A DNA stretch of 20,000 nucleotides, taken from Craspedostauros australis. Lineage: Eukaryota. Positions 1 through 9,337 of this stretch are shown here, piece after piece. Location: NCBI GenBank assembly GCA_030167865.1, contig JALAGF010000143.1, forward strand, positions 48,969-68,968. Direction: 5' to 3'. The position numbers were made by a program, and so were the translations under genes. Every line of letters begins with the position of its first letter. Positions within the stretch are counted from its first letter, which is position 1. The notes beneath the pieces were generated by a model. That model was not told the DNA's origin, did not search any database, and worked only from the letters and a program-made list of their open reading frames with translations.

Positions 1-95
1 AGTATCTGAACTACGCCAAGGCCAATCGGTTGGAATGGGAAAACAGAGGAGAGGAAGTGGTCAAGGGATACATGGCCAAGCATCGGGAGACCTGA
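1..95 (+). CDS. 3' end (partial) of a cyclase-phosphodiesterase paralog; C-terminus of the PDE domain. Not in the ORF track.
   Basis: The frame starting at nt 3 reads YLNYAKANRLEWENRGEEVVKGYMAKHRET* (TGA 93-95). It aligns without gaps to YLNYAQANRKEWEMQGPAVVEGYLRKYQST near the C-terminus of the minus-strand gene ending at 1631. Confidence 0.9.
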   Translation, partial: YLNYAKANRLEWENRGEEVVKGYMAKHRET

Positions 96-142
96 GACAG
101 GACAAGACAAGCAAGGAAAGGACAGAACAGAACAGGGCAGGA
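96..142 (+). repeat. Degenerate purine-rich pentamer repeat (GACAG/GACAA/AACAG) in the 3' UTR
   Basis: gacag gacaa gacaa gcaag gaaag gacag aacag aacag ggcag follows directly after the stop codon. Confidence 0.6.
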
Positions 143-696
143 GAGTACATACGTAGACGAGAAGAGGCATTGGCCGCACTAATACCAATAGAGACGGTAT
201 TTCATGACTGCTCAGAACTGCAAACAACTATTATTATAGAATACTATACAAACAACATGCATAGGTGGTAGAGCATGGAGCATGCGGCGTGGTCGCGGAG
301 CAGCACCATGGTTCCTGCACGGCCTCCTGTTGGATTCAATCTCCCCTTGCGGATGGAGAGGAGACATCACCATGGGCAGCAGCTCCATCCCGCTTTTGCT
401 CTTGGCAGCGATGTGCGTCTTTTGCCAGCGTTCCTTCGCCGAGGATCACCGAAGATCAATTCCTCTCTTCGTTGTGCGAGGAAGGAATTTGTCTCCTTTT
501 GCTTCTTTGAGACACACGCAGGTCAGGATAAATCTCCCGCCGCGCGCCATCAAAAACACGCGCCGCAAAGCGAACGCCTGCGAAGGCAGAAGCCACGTTC
601 ACATCCACAGCAAGAATCAAGCCGACGCGATCTTCTCGCTCTTTTTGCTCCATTCTGCATAAAACAAGACCAAGACGAGATCAAGACAAGACGACC

Positions 697-1158
697 ATGA
701 GCCTCCAGGACTACGTGAAGACGTCGCTGATGCCGCTATCGCAGGCCTACGGCTGGTACATGCTGACCAACGCCACCAGCGACGCGGACATCTACAGCCT
801 CACCATGCAGCTGTCGGCCTTCTACGGCGGCTGGGCCTTGCTCAAGGTCTACGTCGGCGGCGACAAGCGCGAGAAGGGACACATCAGCATGGGCATCACC
901 TTCCTGTCGTCGCTGCGGCAGCATTACCTCGCCACGATGATCGCCAGCGGCCTCGTCATTGCCAACTACGGTCTGCCGGCGGCCATGGTGCTGCCCATGT
1001 CCGATGCCAAGCTGGCCAGCGTCGTGGGCAAGGGCGACTTCAAGGATAAGCCCGTGCCGCCGTTCATCAAGATCTGGGTCCTCACCTTCAAGACCTACTT
1101 CCTTTCCAGCATTGCGTTGTGGGGCGTTGTCATGTACAAGCTCACGCAGTTCTCGTGA
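697..1158 (+). CDS. Hypothetical small multi-pass membrane protein, 153 aa
   Basis: ATG is in an ACCATG context and third codon positions are almost all C/G, unlike the flanks. There are 3-4 hydrophobic segments (e.g. LTMQLSAFYGGWALLKVYV, LATMIASGLVIANYGLPAAMVL, YFLSSIALWGVVMY). No family motif was recognised. Confidence 0.8.
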   Translation: MSLQDYVKTSLMPLSQAYGWYMLTNATSDADIYSLTMQLSAFYGGWALLKVYVGGDKREKGHISMGITFLSSLRQHYLATMIASGLVIANYGLPAAMVLPMSDAKLASVVGKGDFKDKPVPPFIKIWVLTFKTYFLSSIALWGVVMYKLTQFS

Positions 1159-1605
1159 TTATGTGATCGTGTAGTCTTGTACGACCAGCCACAAGAGTAG
1201 ATTCGGCAAAATAGGCTCTAGCTTCGTTGCAAGGTGCACCATGGAGACTGTGGTGTTGGGGAGGTGAACGCGGTGCGGCGTCGTCTCAAGTACTGTAGTG
1301 GGAACAGGATGGGACGCTCCTGGTCCTTTGTCAGGATTGCAGACCAAACGGGTATCGAGTTGATCCAAGCAGACCTTGTGCCATACTCCACTCCACTCTA
1401 CTATCATATTCTATTATATACTGTTATACGTATTCATGCAATATGCACTGTATTTGTATAGATTATTATACGTTGTATCATTTTGTATCGCATTGTATTG
1501 CTGTCCCTGCCTCTCCCCCTCGCTTTAGTTGTGAGCAAGGTCATTATCATCAACATCGTTGCTATTGTTGTCCTTGCATACTTCGATGCCATATTTCTGT
1601 CTGTA

Positions 1606-1630
1606 TCTCTCTCTCTCTCACACACACACA
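1606..1630. repeat. Compound (TC)n(AC)n microsatellite next to the stop codon of the cyclase-PDE gene
   Basis: tctctctctctctcacacacacaca lies directly adjacent to TCA at 1631-1633. Confidence 0.85.
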
Positions 1631-4600
1631 TCAAACCATATCCCCCATGTCATCCTCGCTGTCGTCGCTTGTTGGTCTCGTCTCAGTATCATCAGTATCG
1701 TCATCATCGCTGTTTGTGGCAGCAGTCGACTGGTACTTCCTCAGATAGCCTTCCACGACGGCTGGGCCCTGCATCTCCCATTCCTTTCGATTGGCCTGCG
1801 CGTAGTTCAAGTACTCATCGGACGACACACCGAAGACGCCGCACTCTCTCAACTTATTCGCCAACGGGATGATGTAGAAGTCGAAGAACCCGATCTCCCC
1901 CTGGTACCACGTCTTGGATGGATCTTCCGATGCTCTGCCGGACAGGTAGGCCTGGTACATCTCGTCGAACAGCTTCTCATTCCACTTCGTGTAGATATGC
2001 CAGTGTTGCATGGTGTGGCACACATCGGATGCCTGGATGAGATGCTCAATCACGATGGTCGCCATGCGGTTCATGTCCTCGTTGCTTTGCGTGCCATTGC
2101 AACCGCACGGCGCCACCTGCTGCAGATCGGCGGGCGAAGACGACATAAACGCCTTGTGCCACCGGGCCTTGCGCAAGCTGTTCAGCTCCTTGTCCATCAC
2201 ATCCGTCGCAATCACCGCGTTCACGAGCAGCTGGCGGAACCGCTCCATCTCGTCCTGCGTCGTGTAGATGCAGGCGCGCAGATCCTTGTACCGATCTTCC
2301 ATCAGCAGATCCCAGGCCAAATCGAGCGAGTTCTGTTCCGCGATGCTCTGGTTGCGGTAGGCCTGCGCCAATCGTTTCTGCTCCTTGATGAGCTGCGCGT
2401 TGGGCACGCCGGGATGGTCGAGGTCGTGGATCAGCGCCGCTATCACGCAGGCCAGCTGGATCAAGGGATCGGACGTGATGCCGAACGAGAAGTTGTGCAT
2501 CGTCGTGTTCTGCTTCTCCTTGAACATCATGTGCTCGTAGTCGATGGTATCCGTGCGCACGATACGCGACAGCAGCTTCACCGTGGACTGCACGACGTGG
2601 CTGGCATGCGAGAAGTTGTGGAATGGATTTCGGCGGTACATCGAAGCGACGGTCTCGACAAAGTCCTCGGTTTGCTCCACCACGGCCGGGCCCAGCGCGA
2701 CGGCGTTGGGATCGATGTTGTGCTGCGCGCACTGGCCTGGCAGATGGATGACCTCCGTCATCTCGTCCAGCACCGTCGCATCCACGTCGCGATCGATGCG
2801 GAGCTCGTTGATCTGGTCGACATCGATGCGCCGATTGGGATCGCGGCCCGCCACAACACGCTGCAGCATGTGCTTGAGCACGTCGACGTTCCACTGCACC
2901 TCCAGGCTGTTGGCGGCGGATTGCATCGTGGCCGGGCCGCTGCCATCTCCGCGCAGCATAATGTTCTGTTCGACGCGCAGTTCGATCGTCGGTGGTCGTC
3001 GATCGATTGCGCTGCGCGTGGAAGCCGCCGCGATGGGATGGCTCTCCTCGCTGTCGCGCGTCGTGCTGGAATCCGACTTGGACTCGAGCGGTTCGTTGCC
3101 CATGATGACCCAGTACGTTTGCAGCTCCCCCTTGCCCTTGGCCATGACCTTGTCGGCGCGTTCGACGATCCAGTTGTGCTTGCCATCGTGGATGAGATCG
3201 TTGGCCGTCTCCTGCGAGATGTGGATGCGCCCCCGCACGCCAGTCTGTTCCATGCGAGCCGCCGTGTTGACCGTGTCACCGAACAGCTGGAATCGCGACT
3301 TGTCCCCGCGCAGAACTCCGGCCGTGACGGGTCCGGAATGCAAACCCGATCGCAAGGAGAGGTCCTTCGTGTCCGGCCCCAGTTGCACGGCCAAGCGGTG
3401 CACCACCTCTCGCATCTTGATCATGCAGTACTTCGCAAAGCGCGTCATGATGAGGGCGTGGTGCGGGTTGGGTTCCGGCAGACCCGCCACAGCGACGTAG
3501 CAATCACCGATGGTCTCGACTTTGAAAACATCCAAACGTCTGGCGATCTTGTCGAAGCTGTTGTACAGCGATTCCAGCAGCTCGAAGACCTGTTCTGGTT
3601 CTCGCATGCTGGACCAGGCTGTGATGAATGCAGAATGCATATTAGTGGAGTAGTTTCGTTTGAGTGAATGTGTGTATGATAGCACCATAAAGAGAGAGAG
3701 AGAGAGAGAGACAAGTGAGTGATATATTCCATCCATCCATTCTTGCACTCACTCACTCACCCCACCAACAAACAACAGCATCGACGACAACACACGACAT
3801 ACGTACCAGTAAACCCGCTGATATCCGCAAATAGCACGGTGGCCCGCGGAAAGAGATCTGCAATGGGTTTCGACTTGGCAACCTGCGGTGCCGTCGGCTG
3901 CTGTTGCGGCACGACACGGCGACTGCGCTCGTCATTCATGAGCCGATCGCGCACGTTGGCTGGAAACAGGGAACTGACAATGGCATCGGACTTCTTGGCC
4001 GTCTTGACGACGGCCGTCTGCCGCCGCTCGACGAAGTAATCATACAAGACGAAAACGGCGGCCGTGACGAGGAACGTGACAGCGACCGTGATGGCGTTCG
4101 TGACGGGTTCCGACGTGTTGTAGGTCTCGTAAAAGGCCTTGGAGGGAAAGACGTGCAGCGTGTACTCGCAACCGTCGAGGGTCTCGAAGGCTTCGAAGGC
4201 GCCGTCGACCTCGAGATCCTTGACCTTCCTGCGGCCGATGCGGATGGAGGGATAGAGGTCGCCTTCGCCGACGTAGCTGACGTTGGGTCCTTCGACGAGG
4301 TAGGTGAATTCCTGCTTGCACGCGCTGCGCACGACGAGGTAGATGGGATCGATGTTGTCGGGCACGAGGTTGCGGAAGTATCCCGTCCAGAGTATGTTGC
4401 CGACGATGGTGGCCACGACATCCCGGCGGCCGTTGATGGTGCGCCAGATGGGCGTCACGACGAGGCTCGATGGCGATGCGTTGGGCAGCAGGCTGCCGGA
4501 GTTGGTGGCGATGGTGGACAGCACGGTGGCTTTGGTCTCCAGGACGCGCTTCAAGATGGGTCGGCTGAGCGCATCGTTGATGCCGTTGAGGTTGAGGAAC

Positions 4601-5910
4601 TGTGCCAGCGGCACGATGGGCGCGATCTGCGCGATGGGAAGGAAGACGCCGGACGTGGTGGGACTCGGCTCCACCTTCTCGTTGTTGTCGTTGAATGCGA
4701 AAATGTGAGGATGCGGTTGCACCTGCAGATCGGTGCGCTGCACAAAGTCCAGCGATTCCTGGATCCATTCGGAGCTGTTGTCGCGCACGTAGCGTTCATA
4801 CTGCGATCTCTGATCGACGGGAACGATGGGTGTGATGGCCGTGTAGGTGGTCTCCGTTGTGTTGATGAGCTGCTGGCCGCGTCCCTCGAAGCCTTCGATG
4901 TAGACCATGGGCCATTGGTCGCGCTTGTCTCTGTGGATGGATGCTGTCATTTGCAAGCTGACGGTCTCGTACGTGCGCACGACGAAGCGTGCGTTCAAGT
5001 TGGAGACGGCGATGATTTCGTTGGCAAAGTCTCGGAACTGCAATACTCGTGCGTAGTCGTAGGCATGTTATTGGTGTGTTGTTGGCGTGTTGTTGGCGTG
5101 GCACAGAATGGTGGTGATGAGGAACATTGAATGAACGTTGAGTGACGAATGTGAGGATGCGTGAGTTGAAGATGGTGAATGACAATGACATTTCATCATG
5201 ATCGTTAGAACCCCTTCGAACACAAGAGTTACGGCTCACGAGACCACGTGGTGTGCATTGTGGCTGTGCAGCATAACATGTGCAATGGCAGCAGAGCACA
5301 TGAACCCCCTCCGACACTTCACTCCACTCCACTCCCAATAACACTCCACTAATAACAACACTCCACTCACCCGCGTTTCGTAAGCCCGATTCTCATCGCG
5401 GGACGAGATGAGGAAGACCGCGATGGAGGACGACGCTGCGGCCACGGCCAGCACCAAAAAGAAGAGGAGCTTGGAACAGTTGAGCCATCTCGTTTCGTCG
5501 GCGGCATACTCTGCAGGTTCATGTTCTGGGCTCGATTCTTCATCATCGGTGCACACCGACGTGGGACCGCGCTTGGGATCGTCCGTCATGTTGCTGCCGA
5601 TCGACAGGAGTCGTCCACGGCGCAGATCTGGGCGCTGCGGCAACGGAATGTCCTTGAGATCGATCGTCGGGTGTTGGCCGTTGTCGTTAGTATTGTGGTG
5701 TCTTTCAATGCCAGTCAGCGGTTGCACGGTTTCTTGCTCGCACGCGTCCAACGAACCGATGGCTGCCTGCGTCTCCTGATGGTTCGATCGCGCGACGACG
5801 CTGTCTTCTTGTTGCTGTTGCGGACTCTGCTCTCTGGAAAGGTGATGGGCAACATGAATGTGAGCATTGCTGCCGTCGTTGTTGTGATTGAAAGAGTGAG
5901 ACTGCGTCAT
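1631..5910 (-). CDS. Receptor-type bifunctional nucleotidyl (guanylate-like) cyclase / 3',5'-cyclic nucleotide phosphodiesterase. Three exons: 5910-5371, 5037-3807, 3618-1631; ~1252 aa.
   Basis: Splicing gives 3759 nt in frame with junctions AYETR^FRDFANE and ADISGFT^AWSSMREP. TM1 is LLFFLVLAVAAASSSIAVFLI, followed by a ~310-aa extracellular region, TM2 AITVAVTFLVTAAVFVLYDYFV, and the signalling helix SSLFPANVRDRL. Cyclase motifs: FADISGFT, KVETIGDCY, GLHSGPVTAGVL, RFQLFGDTVNTAARME, KGKG. PDE motifs: NPFHNFSHA, HDLDHPG, IATD, ASD. The start codon (ATG 5910-5908) is the least certain part. Confidence 0.93.
3619..3806 (-). other. Spliceosomal intron 2 of the cyclase-PDE gene (188 nt, phase 1)
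   Basis: Donor G|GTACGT at 3806, branch-like CTAAT about 25 nt before the acceptor TCACAG| at 3619. Removal restores the GFT-A-WSS motif. Contains a (CT)n microsatellite at ~3690-3711. Confidence 0.92.
5038..5370 (-). other. Spliceosomal intron 1 of the cyclase-PDE gene (333 nt, phase 0)
   Basis: Donor CGG|GTGAGT at 5370 and acceptor TTGCAG| at 5038. It joins the TM1 exon in frame to the extracellular-domain exon and contains GGAGT pentamer repeats. Confidence 0.85.
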
Positions 5911-7786
5911 CTTTGCGAGATCGTTCTCCTTTCGAACACTGATGATGGGCTTCCCAGAGACGATCGTGCTCTGCTTCTTGCCGTGCTGGATGCGATCGTT
6001 GCTCAAAGATAGTCGTCCAGTATAGCAGAGAGTCCAAGACGACAATGCAGCACAGTCCGTTTCGATGCGTTGATGCTGAATTTGTGATTCTTGCTCACGT
6101 GCTGCTCTTCACTCATTTCCGCATGCGTTGACCAGGTATCCGTGTCGCTTTCCGTCCTCATCCAACCGCAACAACAACCGCTGCACCTGAACCACGGTAA
6201 TACATGTAGCAACAAGATGGCTTTGCGCGACAAGTTGGGGCGCTGTTGTTTGCGCCAAACCCGTGCAATTGCCAAAAGATGTGGCCAAATCATCGTATTG
6301 GTCCTCGTTGTGTTCAACAAATGACGTTGCACACACATCGTATTTAGCAATTGGTGTTCGCAACATGGGATAACTTCAACCACGTCATCGCCGCCACCAC
6401 ATTCGATGCGGTTTTGGAACGAAAACAGGAAGCCTTTTACACCAATGAAGATGACCGATGTTCCCCAATGAAAACGGCGCACCAAACGCAGCCACCAACA
6501 CACATGCATAGGTTCACGTCATCACCACGTCCACGCAAGTGCAGATTTGCCGTGGTTCGCAGCGAAATCAAGTCGAGGGAGTGGAACAGAGTATGGAACT
6601 CCTTTGGGAAAGTACCACACACCCAGGTTAGAACAAGGATGGCGTCCTTCATGCACATCTCATCAATGATACGCAGAGCAATCTTGCTCTTGGAGCTCGT
6701 AAATCGGCGGTTTCAGGATGGCCATCGTGTGGTCACCAGTATCGCTTCGCAACGACATCCTTTCGCAACATTTATCGTTGCCTTTCATGGACTTTGGTTT
6801 GGTTTTGGCTTTGGCTTTGACGATTGCTGTGTGAACATGAGATTGTTGTCATGTGGCGCTGTCGACATGTTCATGTTGCGTTGTGCTTCACGTTCCAGTG
6901 CATTCCATTCTCATCGTGGTCAGTCCTCATGATTGTGCAATGAATCCCACTCGACACTCCCATTGTACTGCCCCCTTACAAACTTGAAGTGTGGCGCCAT
7001 ACCTCAGAAACGACCAAACGGCAACTCCGAGACCTATTCCGAGCACGTCTTCTTCTCGTACCAATACGCACGAGAGACGAGACAGAAAGTCGCAAACAGA
7101 GAGAACAGAATCTTGCTCACAGTCATCTCGCGATATGATTCAGTGGCGTTTCGTTCTCTAGTCTTCTTGAAGAGTCTTCAAATCGCCTCTATGTGTCACT
7201 TGTTTGGTCTGACATGCTCACGGTCATTCGTTCGAAATTCAATCACGAGTATGCCTATCCACGAATGGATGTCGAAGCAACGGACGTCATGGAATCGTCA
7301 CCGACGATTTCTCTTCACATTTTGTGCCGCTTCGCCCAAGGAACTGGAACAACCGAACATCGTTTGCGCTGATTGACGCGAATCCCACCAGCTGCGCACG
7401 ATGAAGACATCCCTCACAGTCAACGGAAGAGCGGATGAACGAACGCGAAGGAGAGACGAGTGAAGGTCGTTTGGGGTCGGTGAAGCGATTGTACGAGCAA
7501 GAGGAGGTGTGCGAGGATGGCTCGGCGGCGCAACGTGCAAAACAGTGTCGGAATGAAGCAATGAAGCGTGTGGAAATGAGCAATGCGATGCAGTTCGGTC
7601 TCCAGCACAACGCGGGCGGCTCACTCTACCGCTGAGATAGGGAATAGCGCAATGAACTCATTCACAATCGCACAAACCAAAAGCTCACAATTCAAAATCA
7701 GCGCCAAGTGAAAAGCAAACCGCACATCACACCGCACCACACAAACAGCACACAAATAAAACACAAACAACACATCACATCACACT

Positions 7787-8833
7787 ATGTCTCGATCCGA
7801 CGAAGCAAATCACGGTTTCACCGTCCCCAACGTCCATTACGACGCCTGGATCAAGGACAACATCCCCGACATGACGGGCAAGGTCGCCATCATCACGGGT
7901 GCCAACAGCGGTACCGGCTTCTGGGCGGCCGCCGCCCTGGCCTCCAAGCACTGCACCATCGTCATGGCCTGCCGCAACGAAAAGAAGGCGGCGCATGCCA
8001 AGGCCGAGATCATGGATCTGCACAAGGGTGCGATGATCGACATCATCCGCATGGACAACATGGACCTCGCCTCCGTTCGGTCTTTCGCCAAGAAATTCAA
8101 CGCCAAGTACGATCGCCTCGATCTGCTGCTCAACAACGCCGGCGTCATGGCACAGCAATTGGTCGAGTCCAAGGACGGCCACGACATTCAGTTCCAAACC
8201 AACCATCTGTCCCACTTCCTCCTCACGAAGCTCCTTTGGGACAAGCTCGTCAAGACGGACGGTCAAGCCCGCGTTATCAACCACTCCTCCATGTTCCACC
8301 ACCTCATGGGTACCACATTCGACAGGAACCGCATGGAGAAACCGACGTACACCTACGGCATCTTCGGCAAGAACGTTGTCATCAACTGGATCTTCTTCCC
8401 GATGTTCGTTGGCTTCGCTATGCACGATCGCTGGGCACGATACGGCATGTCCAAGCTCTGCAACGTCCTCTTCACATTGGGATTGAAAGAACGAATCCAG
8501 AAGCAGGACATGACCGACGAGATCATCGCGCTGACGTGCCATCCTGGCATCGCCAGCACCAACCTGCACAACGTCGCCGGCGACGCCTATCCCAATTGGA
8601 AGATCGTGGGCAGGGACTACGCGCAGAGCGCCGCCGACGGATCGCTGCCGTTGCTGATGGCAGCGGTTTCTGAAGGAGCATCCAACGGCGATTTCTACGG
8701 CCCAGCTTCGTCCGGTGAGGACAAGGGACCACCGCGCAAGACGCAGGCATTCGGCAATGGCAACGATGCCAACCTGGCATCCGAACTTTGGGACTATTCA
8801 GAGGAATGCATCGAAGAAGATTTTGGAATCTGA
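7787..8833 (+). CDS. Classical short-chain dehydrogenase/reductase (retinol dehydrogenase/WWOX-like subgroup), 348 aa
   Basis: Rossmann motif AIITGANSGTG, MACRN (basic residue suggests NADP(H)), LDLLLNNAGVM, FQTNHLSHFLLT, catalytic YGMSK (YxxxK), CHPG and the C-terminal ASELWDYSEE. Strong codon bias. Confidence 0.95.
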   Translation: MSRSDEANHGFTVPNVHYDAWIKDNIPDMTGKVAIITGANSGTGFWAAAALASKHCTIVMACRNEKKAAHAKAEIMDLHKGAMIDIIRMDNMDLASVRSFAKKFNAKYDRLDLLLNNAGVMAQQLVESKDGHDIQFQTNHLSHFLLTKLLWDKLVKTDGQARVINHSSMFHHLMGTTFDRNRMEKPTYTYGIFGKNVVINWIFFPMFVGFAMHDRWARYGMSKLCNVLFTLGLKERIQKQDMTDEIIALTCHPGIASTNLHNVAGDAYPNWKIVGRDYAQSAADGSLPLLMAAVSEGASNGDFYGPASSGEDKGPPRKTQAFGNGNDANLASELWDYSEECIEEDFGI

Positions 8834-9276
8834 AGCTGTGCAGGTCTGGAGAATTGATCGGACGTTGCGGTCGGGAACTTTGTTGATACCTTTGCCCGCG
8901 GTGGTGCCTTTCCGGACTGCACGGCGCGCCATCACCCACATACAAGTACTTGTAGATTAAAACCTCTTTGAACGAATTGGCATAGCACACACGAATGTTC
9001 TTTCAAAACCAGAGTATTGTTCTCTCGTCGTCAGGCAAACGTTGTGGTAGGTTGGAGTTCGTGAGATGCATGGATGTGTTGATGGAGATAGGAGTAATTG
9101 TCCTCGATAACAGAGGAGAGCAGCGGAATGTACTGTAATGGTGGAAGTAGTCGCACATGTTGATCGTGGGCGGGAGATGATCTCACGTCATGTTGTTCTT
9201 GTATGGATGACTTCGTTCTTCGGTGAAGGATGTTGTTGGGTGATTGTTTCGCTTGCTTTTTATCAATCCGGTCACA

Positions 9277-9337
9277 CGATTCGCCCGACGCGATGAACAT
9301 TGAAGATATTTTATCAATTGTGCGTCGGGCGAAATCG
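9277..9337. repeat. Intergenic inverted repeat / hairpin
   Basis: TTCGCCCGACGC (9280-9291) is the exact reverse complement of GCGTCGGGCGAA (9322-9333). It extends with outer CGAT/ATCG and inner ATTGA (9299-9303)/TCAAT (9314-9318). Confidence 0.75.

Noticed and set aside
282-662. ORF containing a signal-peptide-like stretch (MGSSSIPLLLLAAMCVFCQRSFA)
   Set aside because: It lacks the codon bias of real genes here, and I found no convincing splice to the 697 ORF. It is probably promoter/UTR sequence.
1559-3667. 702-aa plus-strand ORF (also 2544-3500 and 3904-5130) antisense to the cyclase-PDE gene
   Set aside because: These are shadow ORFs. The 702-aa and 408-aa ones are in codon register with the real gene, and high GC3 bias removes antisense stops. 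None has recognisable motifs.
3619-3748. N-terminus MQEWMDGIYHSLVSLSLSLF... of the 705-aa ORF
   Set aside because: It is translated intron 2, including the CT microsatellite. The true reading continues from the upstream exon.
6091-7635. Several 60-190-aa ORFs between the divergent cyclase-PDE and SDR genes
   Set aside because: They have no codon bias or motifs and are Cys/Arg/Ser-rich like random translations. This is consistent with a divergent promoter region.
7610-7660. GCTGAGA motif reminiscent of a TPP riboswitch
   Set aside because: The remaining conserved riboswitch elements and pairing are absent, and the adjacent gene is not thiamine-related.
7708-8673. Overlapping 321-aa (+) and 264-aa (-) ORFs over the SDR
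   Set aside because: Alternative-frame and antisense artefacts of GC-rich codon usage.
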